From NCBI GenBank assembly GCA_963666515.2, contig OY762897.2, positions 2,496,001 to 2,560,000 on the forward strand: DNA of 64,000 nucleotides, in the 5' to 3' direction. Made by a program: the position numbers and the translations under genes. The notes beneath the pieces were generated by a model, which saw nothing but the letters and a program-made list of their open reading frames with translations, had not been told where the DNA came from and made no database searches. This stretch comes from Candidatus Binatia bacterium (GTDB taxonomy: Bacteria > Desulfobacterota > Binatia > UBA9968 > JAJDTQ01). The stretch's first letter is position 1, and each line of letters begins with the position of its first letter. Below are positions 40,154 through 50,203 of the stretch, in pieces.

Positions 40154-41239
40154 CTACTTGGCGTTGGCGAACTTGCGGAGATAGGTCTGCCATTCCGCGG
40201 GCGCCATGGTCTCGTCACGGATCCTGGTGGCGTCCTCCGGACTCACGAGCACCGGGGCGAGCTTCTGTCCGAACACCCTCTCCCAGTCCTTGATGAAACC
40301 CGGGTCCTTGGCCATCTTCCCCACCGCCTCGCGCAACTCCCCGACCTTGGCCCCGGCGATACCCGGAGGCAGGACCAGGGTACGGGTCAGGTTCGAGATG
40401 CCAAGCCCGATGGCGCGCCACGCATCCCAGTTGGGTCCCGAAGGCTCTTTCTTGTGAACCGCCTTGTACACCTCGTACAGCGTAGGGACGTCCCCCTTTA
40501 CCGTGGCGGACCGCACGATGCTGCCGTCGCCCTTGAGGATGCCGCTCTGGTACATGGGGAACACCAAGCCGCGCTTGTGCAGGTCCACGAAGGCGCCGCC
40601 CCCCACCAAGTGGGCGTCGCTGGCCACGAAGTAACTCACCTCGCTCCGTTCCATGGCGGCCCTGATGGGCGACGTTCCCCCATAGCCGCACACCGGCGTG
40701 TACTCAACGATGCCCAGGAGCCGCAGGGCCAACTGCCCGCGCAGGCACGAGGAGCCCTGCTTGGAGCGGCCGGCCAAGGCGATCTTCGAGCGGTCGACCT
40801 TGGTCACCAAGTCGTTGGCGTTCCTCGCGCCGAGAAAGTCCCGTGTGAGGTGGACCTGGATGCCGGCAACGGACCAGATGATGGGCATCTTCAAGAGGTC
40901 GTACTTGACCATCTCCGGCGGCGCCAGCACTGCCTGCATTCCATGGCTGCTGCCGAAGAGGCCGATGGTGTTCCCGTCCGGCTTGGCCCGGTTGTAGACG
41001 TAGGACGACATGATCATGCCGCCGGCTCCGGGCATATTCTGGACCAGGACCTTCGGGTTTCCGGGCAGGTACTTGCCGAGGTAGCGCCCCATGACGCGCG
41101 CCTCGATGTCGTGGCCTCCGCCGGGCGGATAGCCGATCAGAATGGTCACGTTCTTGGCTGCCGCCGTGGTCGTCATCAGCCCGGCGAAGATCAATAGAAA
41201 CAACAGGATGCGCCAACTCGTCCGTCTCGATCGCTTCAT
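40154..41239 (-). CDS. TctC/Bug-type binding protein (second paralog)
   Basis: Signal peptide; GYPPGGGHD..AR, QNMPGAGG, KPDG. Confidence 0.85.
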   Translation of the reverse strand: MKRSRRTSWRILLFLLIFAGLMTTTAAAKNVTILIGYPPGGGHDIEARVMGRYLGKYLPGNPKVLVQNMPGAGGMIMSSYVYNRAKPDGNTIGLFGSSHGMQAVLAPPEMVKYDLLKMPIIWSVAGIQVHLTRDFLGARNANDLVTKVDRSKIALAGRSKQGSSCLRGQLALRLLGIVEYTPVCGYGGTSPIRAAMERSEVSYFVASDAHLVGGGAFVDLHKRGLVFPMYQSGILKGDGSIVRSATVKGDVPTLYEVYKAVHKKEPSGPNWDAWRAIGLGISNLTRTLVLPPGIAGAKVGELREAVGKMAKDPGFIKDWERVFGQKLAPVLVSPEDATRIRDETMAPAEWQTYLRKFANAK

Positions 41240-41314
41240 GGTCCGTTTGCCTCCTCAGCATCGGCGACCGGCCACTGGACCGGTCCGCCACGCGCGCAAG
41301 GCCGTATAACGCAA

Positions 41315-41427
41315 ACGGGCTGAGGATTCCAGTACACCCAGATCCTCAGCCCGTCTGTCGTTGACGGCCGCTCCTTGCGGAACCGACCTGCATCAAGAGC
41401 GTCGCCGGTGAAACCCCGGCGGCGCTC
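41315..41427. terminator. Two strong intergenic hairpins (terminator or processing element)
   Basis: 13-bp perfect stem 41315-41354; 12-bp stem 41397-41427. Confidence 0.45.
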
Positions 41428-41442
41428 CTTCCGCACGAATTC

Positions 41443-41838
41443 CTATTTCTTTTTCGGCGCGGGTATCGTCAACTTGGCAGATGCCAGCGTGTTGCCGTCC
41501 CCGTCCACCAGCATGACCTCGTGGTCGCCGGGCTTCAGCAGGCGCTTGATGGTCCGTCCCCGGATACCCCAAGTCGTGGACACGTTGCCCTTGTCGTCCG
41601 CCTTCTCGACGGCAGGCTTCGCGAGGAAGCTCACGTCCGACAGGACGCCGCCCATCATGGTCCGGATACCGACCTCCTGGCCCGCCTTCAGGCCCGAAGC
41701 GGAGATCTTGACCTGCAGCCGGCCTTTCTTCACGCCGCCCACATCCACCATGAGCTTCGCGCCCGCCATGGCGATGGACGACATCAGGAACAATGCTCCC
41801 AGGGCCGCTGCCAATCCGACTAGACTCTTCCTTGCCAT
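41443..41838 (-). CDS. Secreted basic hypothetical protein within the TTT cluster
   Basis: SD GGAGGT; signal peptide; beta-rich pattern; own TTGACA-N18-TATAAA promoter candidate. Confidence 0.75.
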   Translation of the reverse strand: MARKSLVGLAAALGALFLMSSIAMAGAKLMVDVGGVKKGRLQVKISASGLKAGQEVGIRTMMGGVLSDVSFLAKPAVEKADDKGNVSTTWGIRGRTIKRLLKPGDHEVMLVDGDGNTLASAKLTIPAPKKK

Positions 41839-41945
41839 ACGTACCTCCCTTTGGTTATTTGTTCCGCCGATCCAGACGGCTCCCTTTATACGTAAGCCTT
41901 GCGGCAAATGTCAAGAGCCCCCTTGACCGAAATTTTGCCCCGCCA

Positions 41946-42482
41946 TCAGATGGGAACGAGACTCGACAAGTACCTTTCAACCAGCCCCAGAATGAACTCT
42001 TGAGGCCCGTTAATCAAGCCCGGCGGCCACGGGATGTGCAACACCATCTCGAAGACGCCGATCATGAACACCATCATTATCACCATGTAGGTCACGGCGA
42101 CCTTCCACGTCTCGCCCGCCTGAATGCCCAGGTAGAGGAGCAGGAAGATCGGCACGCTCAGGATGAAGCCGATGATCCAGATGGACAGGTAGAGGCCGAG
42201 GATCCACGCGAAGATGTTGATGGCGCGCTGGATCACCACCGCCACCGGAACGCTGCGGTCCACCGGCAGGTCCATCATGCCGGCGACGTCCTCGTCCGCG
42301 TCCTTGCCGCGGAACATGTCCAGTCCCAGTTGCAGGAAGCACAGAACCATGGTGGGAATGCCGATGGTCCACGGGAACAGGCGCGCCTGGTATTGCCACT
42401 GCTTGGCGGTAGCCACCAAGCCGATCATCAGCAGCAGGACGAAGACGGTGAACAGCGCACCGGGATTGGCCCTAAGCTTCAT
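41946..42482 (-). CDS. tctB: TctB family small membrane subunit
   Basis: Multi-TM; ARLFP, F...LHIPWP.G; follows tctA. Confidence 0.8.
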   Translation of the reverse strand: MKLRANPGALFTVFVLLLMIGLVATAKQWQYQARLFPWTIGIPTMVLCFLQLGLDMFRGKDADEDVAGMMDLPVDRSVPVAVVIQRAINIFAWILGLYLSIWIIGFILSVPIFLLLYLGIQAGETWKVAVTYMVIMMVFMIGVFEMVLHIPWPPGLINGPQEFILGLVERYLSSLVPI

Positions 42483-44004
42483 CGGCTCCTCCGCTCTGTT
42501 CCTGCCCGACCTGCGCCTCGCGCGATTTCTGCAACTCTTGCTGCTTGCGCGCGTTGCGCACGCCGTAGTACAGGCTGACGGCGATGAGCACCATCACGAT
42601 CATCACGATGGGTCGCAGCATCCACGTGGCGCCGTAGCGGCTGATGGAGATGAAGAGGTAGTTCTCGATGATGCCGCTCAGCACCAGTCCCAGGATCAGC
42701 GGCGGCCGCGGCCAACTGAACCGCTTCATGAACCAGCCCAGCAGCGAGAAGAACAGCAGCGACCACAGGTCCCCCCAGTGCCGGGTGGCCTGAAACGACG
42801 CCAGGACCACGATCACCACCACCAGCGGCGTCAACAGGTTGATCCGCACCATGGCGATCTTGGCCAGCGTGTTCGTCAGCAGCATGCACAGGACGGTGCC
42901 GAAGATGTTGGCGATGGCCAAGCTCCAGATCATCGTGTAGGTGACTGCCAGGTCCTTGGTGAGCATGGCCGAGCCCGGGGTCAGCCCCTGGATGGTCATG
43001 GCCCCCAGCAGCAACGCCATGGAGGCGCTGCCCGGCACGCCGAAGGCGATGGTGGGGATCAGGGCGCCGCCCTCCTTGGCGTTGTTGGCCGCTTCCGGCG
43101 CCAGCACGCCGCGCACGTCGCCGGTGCCGAAGGTCTCGTTGGCGCCCTTCTCCGTCTGGATAGCATGGCCGTAGGCGAACCAGTCCACCACCGAGGCGCC
43201 CAGCCCGGGGATGGCGCCGACGAAGACGCCCACGACGCCGCATCGCAGCACCAGGAACCAGTTGCGGAAGGAGTCCCGGATTCCCACCATCACGCCCCGC
43301 AGCCTCTCCTTGGGCACGTCGGCGATGCGCGTGCCGCGGATGGTCAGGTCGACGATCTCGGGGATGGCGAAGATGCCCAGCGCCACCGGGACCAGCGGCA
43401 CGCCGTCCCACAGGTAAAGCTGCCCGAACACCCAGCGGAGCACGCCCGTCTGCGGGTCCATGCCCACCATGCCCACGCACAGGCCGATGGCCCCGGCGAT
43501 GAGCCCCTTTACCGGCGCGTTGCCGCTCAGCACGGCCACCATGGAGATGCCCAGGAGCCCCAGCATGAAGAACTCCGGAGAGCCGAACGCGAGCACGATG
43601 GGACGGAGCACGGGAATGGAAAGCGCCAGGATCAACGACCCGAACACGCCGCCCAGGAGCGAGGCCATGTAGGCGCCGCCGAAGGCCCGCCCGGCCTCGC
43701 CCTTCTTGGCCATGGGGTGGCCGTCCAGGATGGTGGCCTGGGACGCCGAGGTGCCGGGAACGCCGAAGAGAACCGAAGGGATGGTATCCGACGTGCTCGT
43801 CACCGAGATCAGGCCGATCATGATGGCGAACGCCTCGAAGGAGTCCATGTCGAAGGTGAAGGGCAGCAGGATGGCGAGGCCGACGAGGCCTCCCAGGCCG
43901 GGGATCGCGCCCAGCGCCAGGCCCATGAACACGCCGATGAACAGGTACAGCAGCCGGGTCGGAACCAGCAGGTTTTCTATCGCCAGGGTGGCGGCTTCCA
44001 GCAT
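42472..44004 (-). CDS. tctA: TctA family large membrane subunit
   Basis: GAIPGLG, GVPGT...AT.LDGHPMA..G, PEAANNA..GG.LIPT...GVPG. Confidence 0.93.
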   Translation of the reverse strand: MLEAATLAIENLLVPTRLLYLFIGVFMGLALGAIPGLGGLVGLAILLPFTFDMDSFEAFAIMIGLISVTSTSDTIPSVLFGVPGTSASQATILDGHPMAKKGEAGRAFGGAYMASLLGGVFGSLILALSIPVLRPIVLAFGSPEFFMLGLLGISMVAVLSGNAPVKGLIAGAIGLCVGMVGMDPQTGVLRWVFGQLYLWDGVPLVPVALGIFAIPEIVDLTIRGTRIADVPKERLRGVMVGIRDSFRNWFLVLRCGVVGVFVGAIPGLGASVVDWFAYGHAIQTEKGANETFGTGDVRGVLAPEAANNAKEGGALIPTIAFGVPGSASMALLLGAMTIQGLTPGSAMLTKDLAVTYTMIWSLAIANIFGTVLCMLLTNTLAKIAMVRINLLTPLVVVIVVLASFQATRHWGDLWSLLFFSLLGWFMKRFSWPRPPLILGLVLSGIIENYLFISISRYGATWMLRPIVMIVMVLIAVSLYYGVRNARKQQELQKSREAQVGQEQSGGADEA

Positions 44005-44230
44005 ACAGACTCTCCTCTGCCCCGTTGGAAAATCCACAGGGATATATCGAGGTCTGGAAAGGCTGTCAAGCTGACCCGGTTCGGCGCCCCGCGCCGTCTC
44101 GGTGCCGTTGCCGTTGCGGGATTCGGGGAAAAGAACTATCAGGACGGTGATCGTCTGTCTCGACGCGGGTGCGCGCCCGCATGGAGGGGTTCGCGGCGGA
44201 CCCTCGAGCCTCCCGGAAAGGATCGTCATC

Positions 44231-45139
44231 ATGGGAAACCTGGGCATCTGTTTCGTCAATCCGGCCCCGCAGATAGAGGCAAGCTACGTCACGGACATGG
44301 CGCGGAAATGCGACCAGGCGGGCCTGCATTCGTTCTGGACCATCGACCGCATCGCCTATGACAATCTGGAGGCGTTGACGGTGCTGGCCGCGGTGGCGGG
44401 CGTCACCGAGCGCATCCGGCTGGGGACCTCGGTGCTGCTGTCCGCCCTACGCCACCCGGCGCTCCTGGCCAAGACCGTGGCCACCCTCGATTTCCTGTCC
44501 GGCGGCAGGATGACCCTGGGCATCGGCTTCGGTAGCCGGGAGAGCGATTTCACCTCGGTGGAGGTCCCCTGGGAACACCGGGGGAGCCGGGCAGAGGAGT
44601 CTCTCGCCCTCATGAAGCGGCTCTGGACCGAGGAGGAGGTGGAGCACCACGGCCGTTTCTTCGACCTTCACAGCACCCGCTTCGGCCCGGAGACCGTGCA
44701 GTCGCCCCACCCTCCCATCTGGATGGGCGGAACCGCCCCTACCGTTCTCAAGCGGGTCGGACGGCTGGCCGACGGCTACATCTGCGGCAGCAACGCGGTG
44801 CACAACTTCGACGCGGTATGGGAAAAGATCAGCGGCCACGCCCTTGCCGCCGGCCGGAATCCGGACGACATCGAGAAGGCCGGGCTCACCTTCATCGCCA
44901 TCGACGACGACAAGAGCAAGGCGGTGGAGGCGTGCGAGAACTACCTCACCCGCTACTACGGCAAGGTGCGGATGGACGTGGAGAAGTACATGCTGGTGGG
45001 CGGCGCCGACGCCTGCGCCGACGGCATCAACCGCATCTTCGCCGGCGGGCTCCAGACCCTGATCATCGGCCTGGCCATCTCCGACCTGGCGCAACTGGAT
45101 ACGTTCGTGGAGAAGGTGCTGCCGCAGGTGGAGGGGTAA
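44231..45139 (+). CDS. LLM class flavin-dependent oxidoreductase
   Basis: TERIRLGTSVL, RHP..LAK..ATLD.LSGGR..LGIG, PPIWMGG. Confidence 0.92.
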   Translation: MGNLGICFVNPAPQIEASYVTDMARKCDQAGLHSFWTIDRIAYDNLEALTVLAAVAGVTERIRLGTSVLLSALRHPALLAKTVATLDFLSGGRMTLGIGFGSRESDFTSVEVPWEHRGSRAEESLALMKRLWTEEEVEHHGRFFDLHSTRFGPETVQSPHPPIWMGGTAPTVLKRVGRLADGYICGSNAVHNFDAVWEKISGHALAAGRNPDDIEKAGLTFIAIDDDKSKAVEACENYLTRYYGKVRMDVEKYMLVGGADACADGINRIFAGGLQTLIIGLAISDLAQLDTFVEKVLPQVEG

Positions 45140-45161
45140 GACCAAGGCAAGAGCCCGCACC

Positions 45162-45220
45162 CGTCATTCCGGCGAAAGCCGGAATCCAGGGGGTGGGGAG
45201 ACGCTTCCGCCGGAATGACG
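45162..45220. repeat. CGTC-type REP doublet, internally deleted
   Basis: CGTCATTCCGGCGAAAGCCGGAATCCAG + GGGGTGGGGAG spacer + partial inverted copy ending GCCGGAATGACG. Confidence 0.8.
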
Positions 45221-45226
45221 GATTGC

Positions 45227-45847
45227 CTACAGCGGCGCCGGCCCTTCGAAATTCTTGGTGTAGGGCAGTTTCTCGGCGGTCCGGGCCACCTCGCCCATGT
45301 TGCCGAGCAGCAGCGCGGTGGAGTCCCACGAGCCCGTGGTGAGCGCGTTGCGGTGGCCGTCGCTGATGTCGAGGTCCATCTCGCTGCCGTCCGGCAGGCG
45401 GACCTTCCTGGCGTCCAGATCCACCGTCAGCTCCGCCTGGGGGTCGGACTCCACCAGCGTCATCAGCTTGCCGATGTCCTCGGACGAGACCATCACCGTG
45501 GGCATGCCCAGCAGCACGCTGCTGCCGGCGAAGATGGGGCCGAAGGACTCGCCGATGATGGCGCGGATACCCCAGCGGTACAGCGCCTGCGGCGCGTGTT
45601 CCCGCGACGACCCGCAGCCGAAGTTGCGGTTCACCAGCAGCACCTCGGCGCCCTGGAAGCGCGCCTCGTTGAAGGGGTGGTCCACGGACTTGCCGTCGGA
45701 GTCGTGACGTTCGTCGAAGAACGGATACTCGCCCATGCGGCTGAAGGTGATCTCCTTGAGGTAACGCGCGGGAACGATCCGATCGGTGTCGATATCATCC
45801 CCCCGCACCACCACCGCCCTGCCGCCTACCTGCCTGATCTCACTCAT
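45227..45847 (-). CDS. leuD: 3-isopropylmalate dehydratase small subunit
   Basis: DIDTDRIVPARYL, NFGCGSSREHAP. Confidence 0.96.
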   Translation of the reverse strand: MSEIRQVGGRAVVVRGDDIDTDRIVPARYLKEITFSRMGEYPFFDERHDSDGKSVDHPFNEARFQGAEVLLVNRNFGCGSSREHAPQALYRWGIRAIIGESFGPIFAGSSVLLGMPTVMVSSEDIGKLMTLVESDPQAELTVDLDARKVRLPDGSEMDLDISDGHRNALTTGSWDSTALLLGNMGEVARTAEKLPYTKNFEGPAPL

Positions 45848-45857
45848 TCCGACCTCG

Positions 45858-47255
45858 TTAGTTGTAATCGCGCACGTCCACGACCTTGCCGTTGAGCGCG
45901 GCCGCGGCCACCATGGCGGGACTCATCAGCAACGTCCGTCCTTCCGGGCTTCCCTGGCGGCCGATGAAGTTGCGGTTGGACGAGGACGCGCACACCTCAC
46001 GGCCCTGGAGCTTGTCTGGGTTCATGGCCAGACACATGGAGCAGCCGGCCTCCCGCCATTGAAAGCCGGCCTCGGTGAAGACCCGGTCGAGCCCCGCGGC
46101 CTCCGCCTGCTTCTTCACCTCCACGGAGCCGGGCACCACCAGGGCGCGCACGTCCGAGGACACCTGCCTCCCCTTGGCGACCCGCGCCGCGGCCACCAGG
46201 TCCGAGAGCCGCGAGTTGGTGCAGGAACCGATGAACGCCACGTCGATGGGGGTGCCCAGGATCGGCGCGCCGGGCGTCCAGCCCATGTGCTGGTAGGCCT
46301 TCTCCACGGTCTTGGGGTCCTGCAGGTCTTCGGGGCGCGGCAGGTTCTCCTGCACGCCCACCGCCTGGCCGGGATTGATGCCCCAGGTGACCGTGGGCTC
46401 GATGGCCGAGCCGTCGATGTCCACCACGTCGTCGTAGACGGCGTCCGGGTCCGACGACATGGAGCGCCAGTATGCCGCGGCGCGGTCGAATGCCTCGCCC
46501 TTGGGGGCGAAGGGCCGTCCCAGCAGATACTCGTAGGTCGTGTTGTCGGGGTTGACGTAGCCCACCAGGGCGCCGCCCTCGATGCTCATGTTGCACACGG
46601 TCATGCGCTCGTCCATGTTCATGGCTTCCAGCACCGCGCCGCCGTACTCGTAAGCGAAGCCCTTGCCGCCGCCGACCCCCAGCGTGCGGATGATGGTCAG
46701 GATCACGTCCTTGGCGTGCACCCCGTTGGGAAGGCTGCCGTTGACGTTGATGCGCCGCACGTTGAGCCGGTCCATGGACAGGGTCTGGGTCGCCAGCACG
46801 TCCCGCACCTGGCTGGTGCCGATGCCGAAGGCCAGGGTGCCGAAGGCGCCGTGGGTGCTCGTGTGGCTGTCGCCGCAGGCCAGGGTCATTCCCGGCTGGG
46901 TCAGGCCAAGTTGCGGGCCGATGACGTGGACGATGCCCTGCCGGGCGCTTCCGAGTCCGTAGAACTCGATGTCGAAGTCGCGGACGTTCCTTTCCAGCGC
47001 CGCCATCATCGCCTCGGCCTGCTCGTCGGCAAAGGGCCGGACCTGCGTATCCGTGGGTATGATGTGATCGGCGGTGGCGAAGGTCCGTTGCGGATAGGCG
47101 ATGGAGAGCCCGCGCTCCCGCATCATGTCGAAGGCCTGCGGGGTGGTGACCTCGTGGACCAGGTGCAATCCGATGAAGAGCTGGGTCTGCCCGGTGGGCA
47201 GCGTCGTCACCGCGTGGGCGTCCCAGACCTTGTCATAGAGCGTACGTTCGGACAT
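45858..47255 (-). CDS. leuC: 3-isopropylmalate dehydratase large subunit
   Basis: [39 protein letters not shown]. Confidence 0.98.
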   Translation of the reverse strand: MSERTLYDKVWDAHAVTTLPTGQTQLFIGLHLVHEVTTPQAFDMMRERGLSIAYPQRTFATADHIIPTDTQVRPFADEQAEAMMAALERNVRDFDIEFYGLGSARQGIVHVIGPQLGLTQPGMTLACGDSHTSTHGAFGTLAFGIGTSQVRDVLATQTLSMDRLNVRRINVNGSLPNGVHAKDVILTIIRTLGVGGGKGFAYEYGGAVLEAMNMDERMTVCNMSIEGGALVGYVNPDNTTYEYLLGRPFAPKGEAFDRAAAYWRSMSSDPDAVYDDVVDIDGSAIEPTVTWGINPGQAVGVQENLPRPEDLQDPKTVEKAYQHMGWTPGAPILGTPIDVAFIGSCTNSRLSDLVAAARVAKGRQVSSDVRALVVPGSVEVKKQAEAAGLDRVFTEAGFQWREAGCSMCLAMNPDKLQGREVCASSSNRNFIGRQGSPEGRTLLMSPAMVAAAALNGKVVDVRDYN

Positions 47256-47305
47256 GGATACATTCTCTCCTTGGCGGAAAGTTATAGCCAGCGGCCTGCG
47301 CTAAT

Positions 47306-48061
47306 TCAAGCGAGGCCGGCGGCAGGCGAGTCATAGCAGACCTCGACGAGGAACAGGCCCCGGGCCGGCGCGGTGGGACCCGCCAGGGTACGGTCGCGGC
47401 TGTCGATCAGTGGGGCAACGCCGGCGGGTTCCCGCTCGCCCAACCCCACCTCTACCAGCGTGCCGACGATGTTCCGCACCATGTGGCGAAGATACCCGGT
47501 GGCCTCGACGCGGTAGACCCAGTGGTCCTCCCACCGGTGCAGCTCGTTGCGGTAGATGCGCCGGACCGCGGTGGCGGCGCCGCACCCCGCGGCGCGGAAG
47601 CACGAGAAGTCGTGTTCCCCTTCCAGCGCGGCCATGGCCTCGCGCATGGCGTCGACGCTCAGCGGTCTCCGTACATGCCAGGAGTAGCGATCGTTGAAGA
47701 CCGACCGCCAGGGGCGGTTCCAGAGCCGGTACTCGTAGACCCGTCTCGTTGCGTCCCTTCTGGCGTCGAAGGAGGAAGCCGCCTCCTCGGCTGCCTTCAC
47801 CGTGATGTCGTCCGGGGTGATGGCGTTGAGGCTGCGCTGGAGTTGCGCGAGGTCGCGGCCGTCGGGACAGGTGAAATCGGCCACCTGGCCGAGGGCGTGA
47901 ACGCCGGCGTCGGTGCGCCCGGAACCGTGGACGCGCGCGGGCGCCTTGAGCAGCACCGCCAGCGCGTCCTCCAGCACGCCCTGTATGGTCGGCCCCTCGG
48001 GCTGGAGCTGCCATCCCCGGTAGCGTGTACCGTCGTATTCGAGGGTCAGTCGGACGTTCAT
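47306..48061 (-). CDS. truA: tRNA pseudouridine(38-40) synthase
   Basis: EYDGT.Y.GWQ, SGRTDAGVHA, GEHDF, HMVR. Confidence 0.97.
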   Translation of the reverse strand: MNVRLTLEYDGTRYRGWQLQPEGPTIQGVLEDALAVLLKAPARVHGSGRTDAGVHALGQVADFTCPDGRDLAQLQRSLNAITPDDITVKAAEEAASSFDARRDATRRVYEYRLWNRPWRSVFNDRYSWHVRRPLSVDAMREAMAALEGEHDFSCFRAAGCGAATAVRRIYRNELHRWEDHWVYRVEATGYLRHMVRNIVGTLVEVGLGEREPAGVAPLIDSRDRTLAGPTAPARGLFLVEVCYDSPAAGLA

Positions 48062-48081
48062 GCCGGCAGGACGACCACCCG

Positions 48082-49101
48082 TCAGTGGTAGTCCCGGATC
48101 AGGATCTCGGCGATCTGGACGGCGTTGAGGGCCGCACCCTTGCGCAGGTTGTCGGCGACGACCCACAGGTTGATGCCGTTCTCCACCGAATCGTCCTCGC
48201 GGATGCGCCCGACGTAGGTGGCGTCCTTGCCCGCCGCCTCGGTGGCCAGGGGATAATCGTTGTTCTGGGGGTCGTCCTGGAGCAGCACCCCGGGAGCTTC
48301 CCGCAGGATGGCGCGGACGTCGGCCGCGGACAGCTTGCTCCGGGTCTCGACGTTGATGGACTCGGAGTGGCTGCAGAAGACGGGCACGCGCACCGTGGTG
48401 GCGGTGATGCGGATGTCCGGGTCGTCCAGGATCTTGCGCGTCTCCTGGACCATCTTCATCTCCTCCTTGGTGTACCCGCTGGGCAGAAACGTATCGATGT
48501 GCGGGATGCAGTTGAACGCGATCTGGTGCGGGAACTGCTCGCACTCCACGTCATGGCTGTTGAACAGCGCCGCGGTCTGCTTGCCCAGCTCCTCCATGGC
48601 CCGCCGTCCGGCGCCGGACACCGACTGGTAGGTGGACACGACGATGCGGCTGATGCCGGCGGCGTCGTACAAGGGCTTCAGCGCCACCACCATCTGGATA
48701 GTGGAGCAGTTGGGGTTGGCGATGATGCCCCGGTGCTCGGCGATCTGATCCGCGTTTACCTCGGGTACCACCAGCGGGACGTCGTCGTCCATCCTGAAAT
48801 AGCTGGTGTTGTCGATGACCACGGCGCCGGCGTCCACCGCGGCCTGGGCATAGCGGGCGCTCACCGACCCGCCGGCGGAGAACAGCGCGATGTCGATCTC
48901 CTCGAAGGAGTCCTCGTCCAGCACCTCCACCGGAACCTGCCGGCCGCAGAAGTCGAGCCGCTGGCCCGCCGACCGCTCGGAGGCCAGCAGCCGGAGCGTG
49001 TCCACCGGGAACAGCCGCTCCTCGAGGATCTTCCGCATCTCCTCGCCCACGGCTCCGGTGGCCCCCACCACGGCTACGTTGTATTTCTCTTTTCCCATCA
49101 T
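48082..49101 (-). CDS. asd: Aspartate-semialdehyde dehydrogenase
   Basis: GATGAVG, ANPNCST, STYQSVSGAG, DNLRKGAA.N. Confidence 0.98.
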   Translation of the reverse strand: MMGKEKYNVAVVGATGAVGEEMRKILEERLFPVDTLRLLASERSAGQRLDFCGRQVPVEVLDEDSFEEIDIALFSAGGSVSARYAQAAVDAGAVVIDNTSYFRMDDDVPLVVPEVNADQIAEHRGIIANPNCSTIQMVVALKPLYDAAGISRIVVSTYQSVSGAGRRAMEELGKQTAALFNSHDVECEQFPHQIAFNCIPHIDTFLPSGYTKEEMKMVQETRKILDDPDIRITATTVRVPVFCSHSESINVETRSKLSAADVRAILREAPGVLLQDDPQNNDYPLATEAAGKDATYVGRIREDDSVENGINLWVVADNLRKGAALNAVQIAEILIRDYH

Positions 49102-49108
49102 CGTCCGT

Positions 49109-50203
49109 TCACGCTCCGCGGCTCGCTGCGATCTCCTGGCGCACCAGCGCACCCATTTTCTTGCAGCCCACCACCGGGCCCTCTCCCTCGGCGATGTCCG
49201 GTGTGCGGTGACCGGCCTCCAGCACCCGCTCCACCGCCTGCTCGATCAAGTCCGCGGCGTCCCCCTGGTCGAAGGAGTGCCGCAGCATGAGCGCCACCGT
49301 CAGGATGGTGGCCAGGGGGTTGGCCTTGTCCTGCCCGGTGATGTCCGGGGCGCTGCCGTGCACCGGCTCGTACATGCCCACCTTGCCGCCGAGGCTGGCC
49401 GACGGCAGCATGCCGATGGAACCCGTGAGCATGGCGGCCTCGTCGCTCAGGATGTCGCCGAACATGTTGGTGGTGACGATGACGTCGAATTGCCTGGGGT
49501 CCCGGATGAGCTGCATGGCGCAGTTGTCCACCAGCACGTGGTCGAGAGCGACGTCGCCGTAGCCTTCCTCGTCGCGCACCCGGGTCACCACCTTGCGCCA
49601 CAGCTCGGTGGATTCCAGCACGTTGGCCTTGTCCACGGAGGTCACGTGGCCGCGCCTCCTGCGGGCGGCGTCGAAGGCCACCCGCGCGATGCGCTCGATC
49701 TCCGGGGTGGTGTAGACCAGGGTGTTGACGCCCCGCTCGCTGCCGTCGGGCTCGGCGGTGACGCCCTTGGGCTGGCCGAAGTAGATGCCGCCGGTCAGCT
49801 CCCGCACCACGACCAAGTCCGTGCCTTCCACCACCTCGGGCTTGAGGGTCGAGGCCTGCGCCAGCGGCGCGAACAGTTTGACCGGGCGCAGGTTGGCGAA
49901 CAGCCCCAGCTCCTGGCGCAGCGCCAGCAGCGCCCGCTCGGGGCGGATGGAGTAGTCGAGGCCGTCCCACTTGGGCCCGCCCATGGCTCCCAGCACCACC
50001 GCGTCGCTGGACTTGGCCAGCGCCAGGACCTCGTCGGTCAGGGGTTTCCCGTGGGCGTCGATGGACGCGCCGCCCACCAACCCCTCCTCCACGTCGATGT
50101 CGAAGCCGAAGATGTCGCCGGCCTGGCTCAGCACGGCCATGGCCTCGGCCACCACTTCCGGGCCGATGCCGTCGCCCGGAAGCACCGTTATCCTGTGACT
50201 CAT
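49109..50203 (-). CDS. leuB: 3-isopropylmalate dehydrogenase
   Basis: [36 protein letters not shown]. Confidence 0.98.
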   Translation of the reverse strand: MSHRITVLPGDGIGPEVVAEAMAVLSQAGDIFGFDIDVEEGLVGGASIDAHGKPLTDEVLALAKSSDAVVLGAMGGPKWDGLDYSIRPERALLALRQELGLFANLRPVKLFAPLAQASTLKPEVVEGTDLVVVRELTGGIYFGQPKGVTAEPDGSERGVNTLVYTTPEIERIARVAFDAARRRRGHVTSVDKANVLESTELWRKVVTRVRDEEGYGDVALDHVLVDNCAMQLIRDPRQFDVIVTTNMFGDILSDEAAMLTGSIGMLPSASLGGKVGMYEPVHGSAPDITGQDKANPLATILTVALMLRHSFDQGDAADLIEQAVERVLEAGHRTPDIAEGEGPVVGCKKMGALVRQEIAASRGA

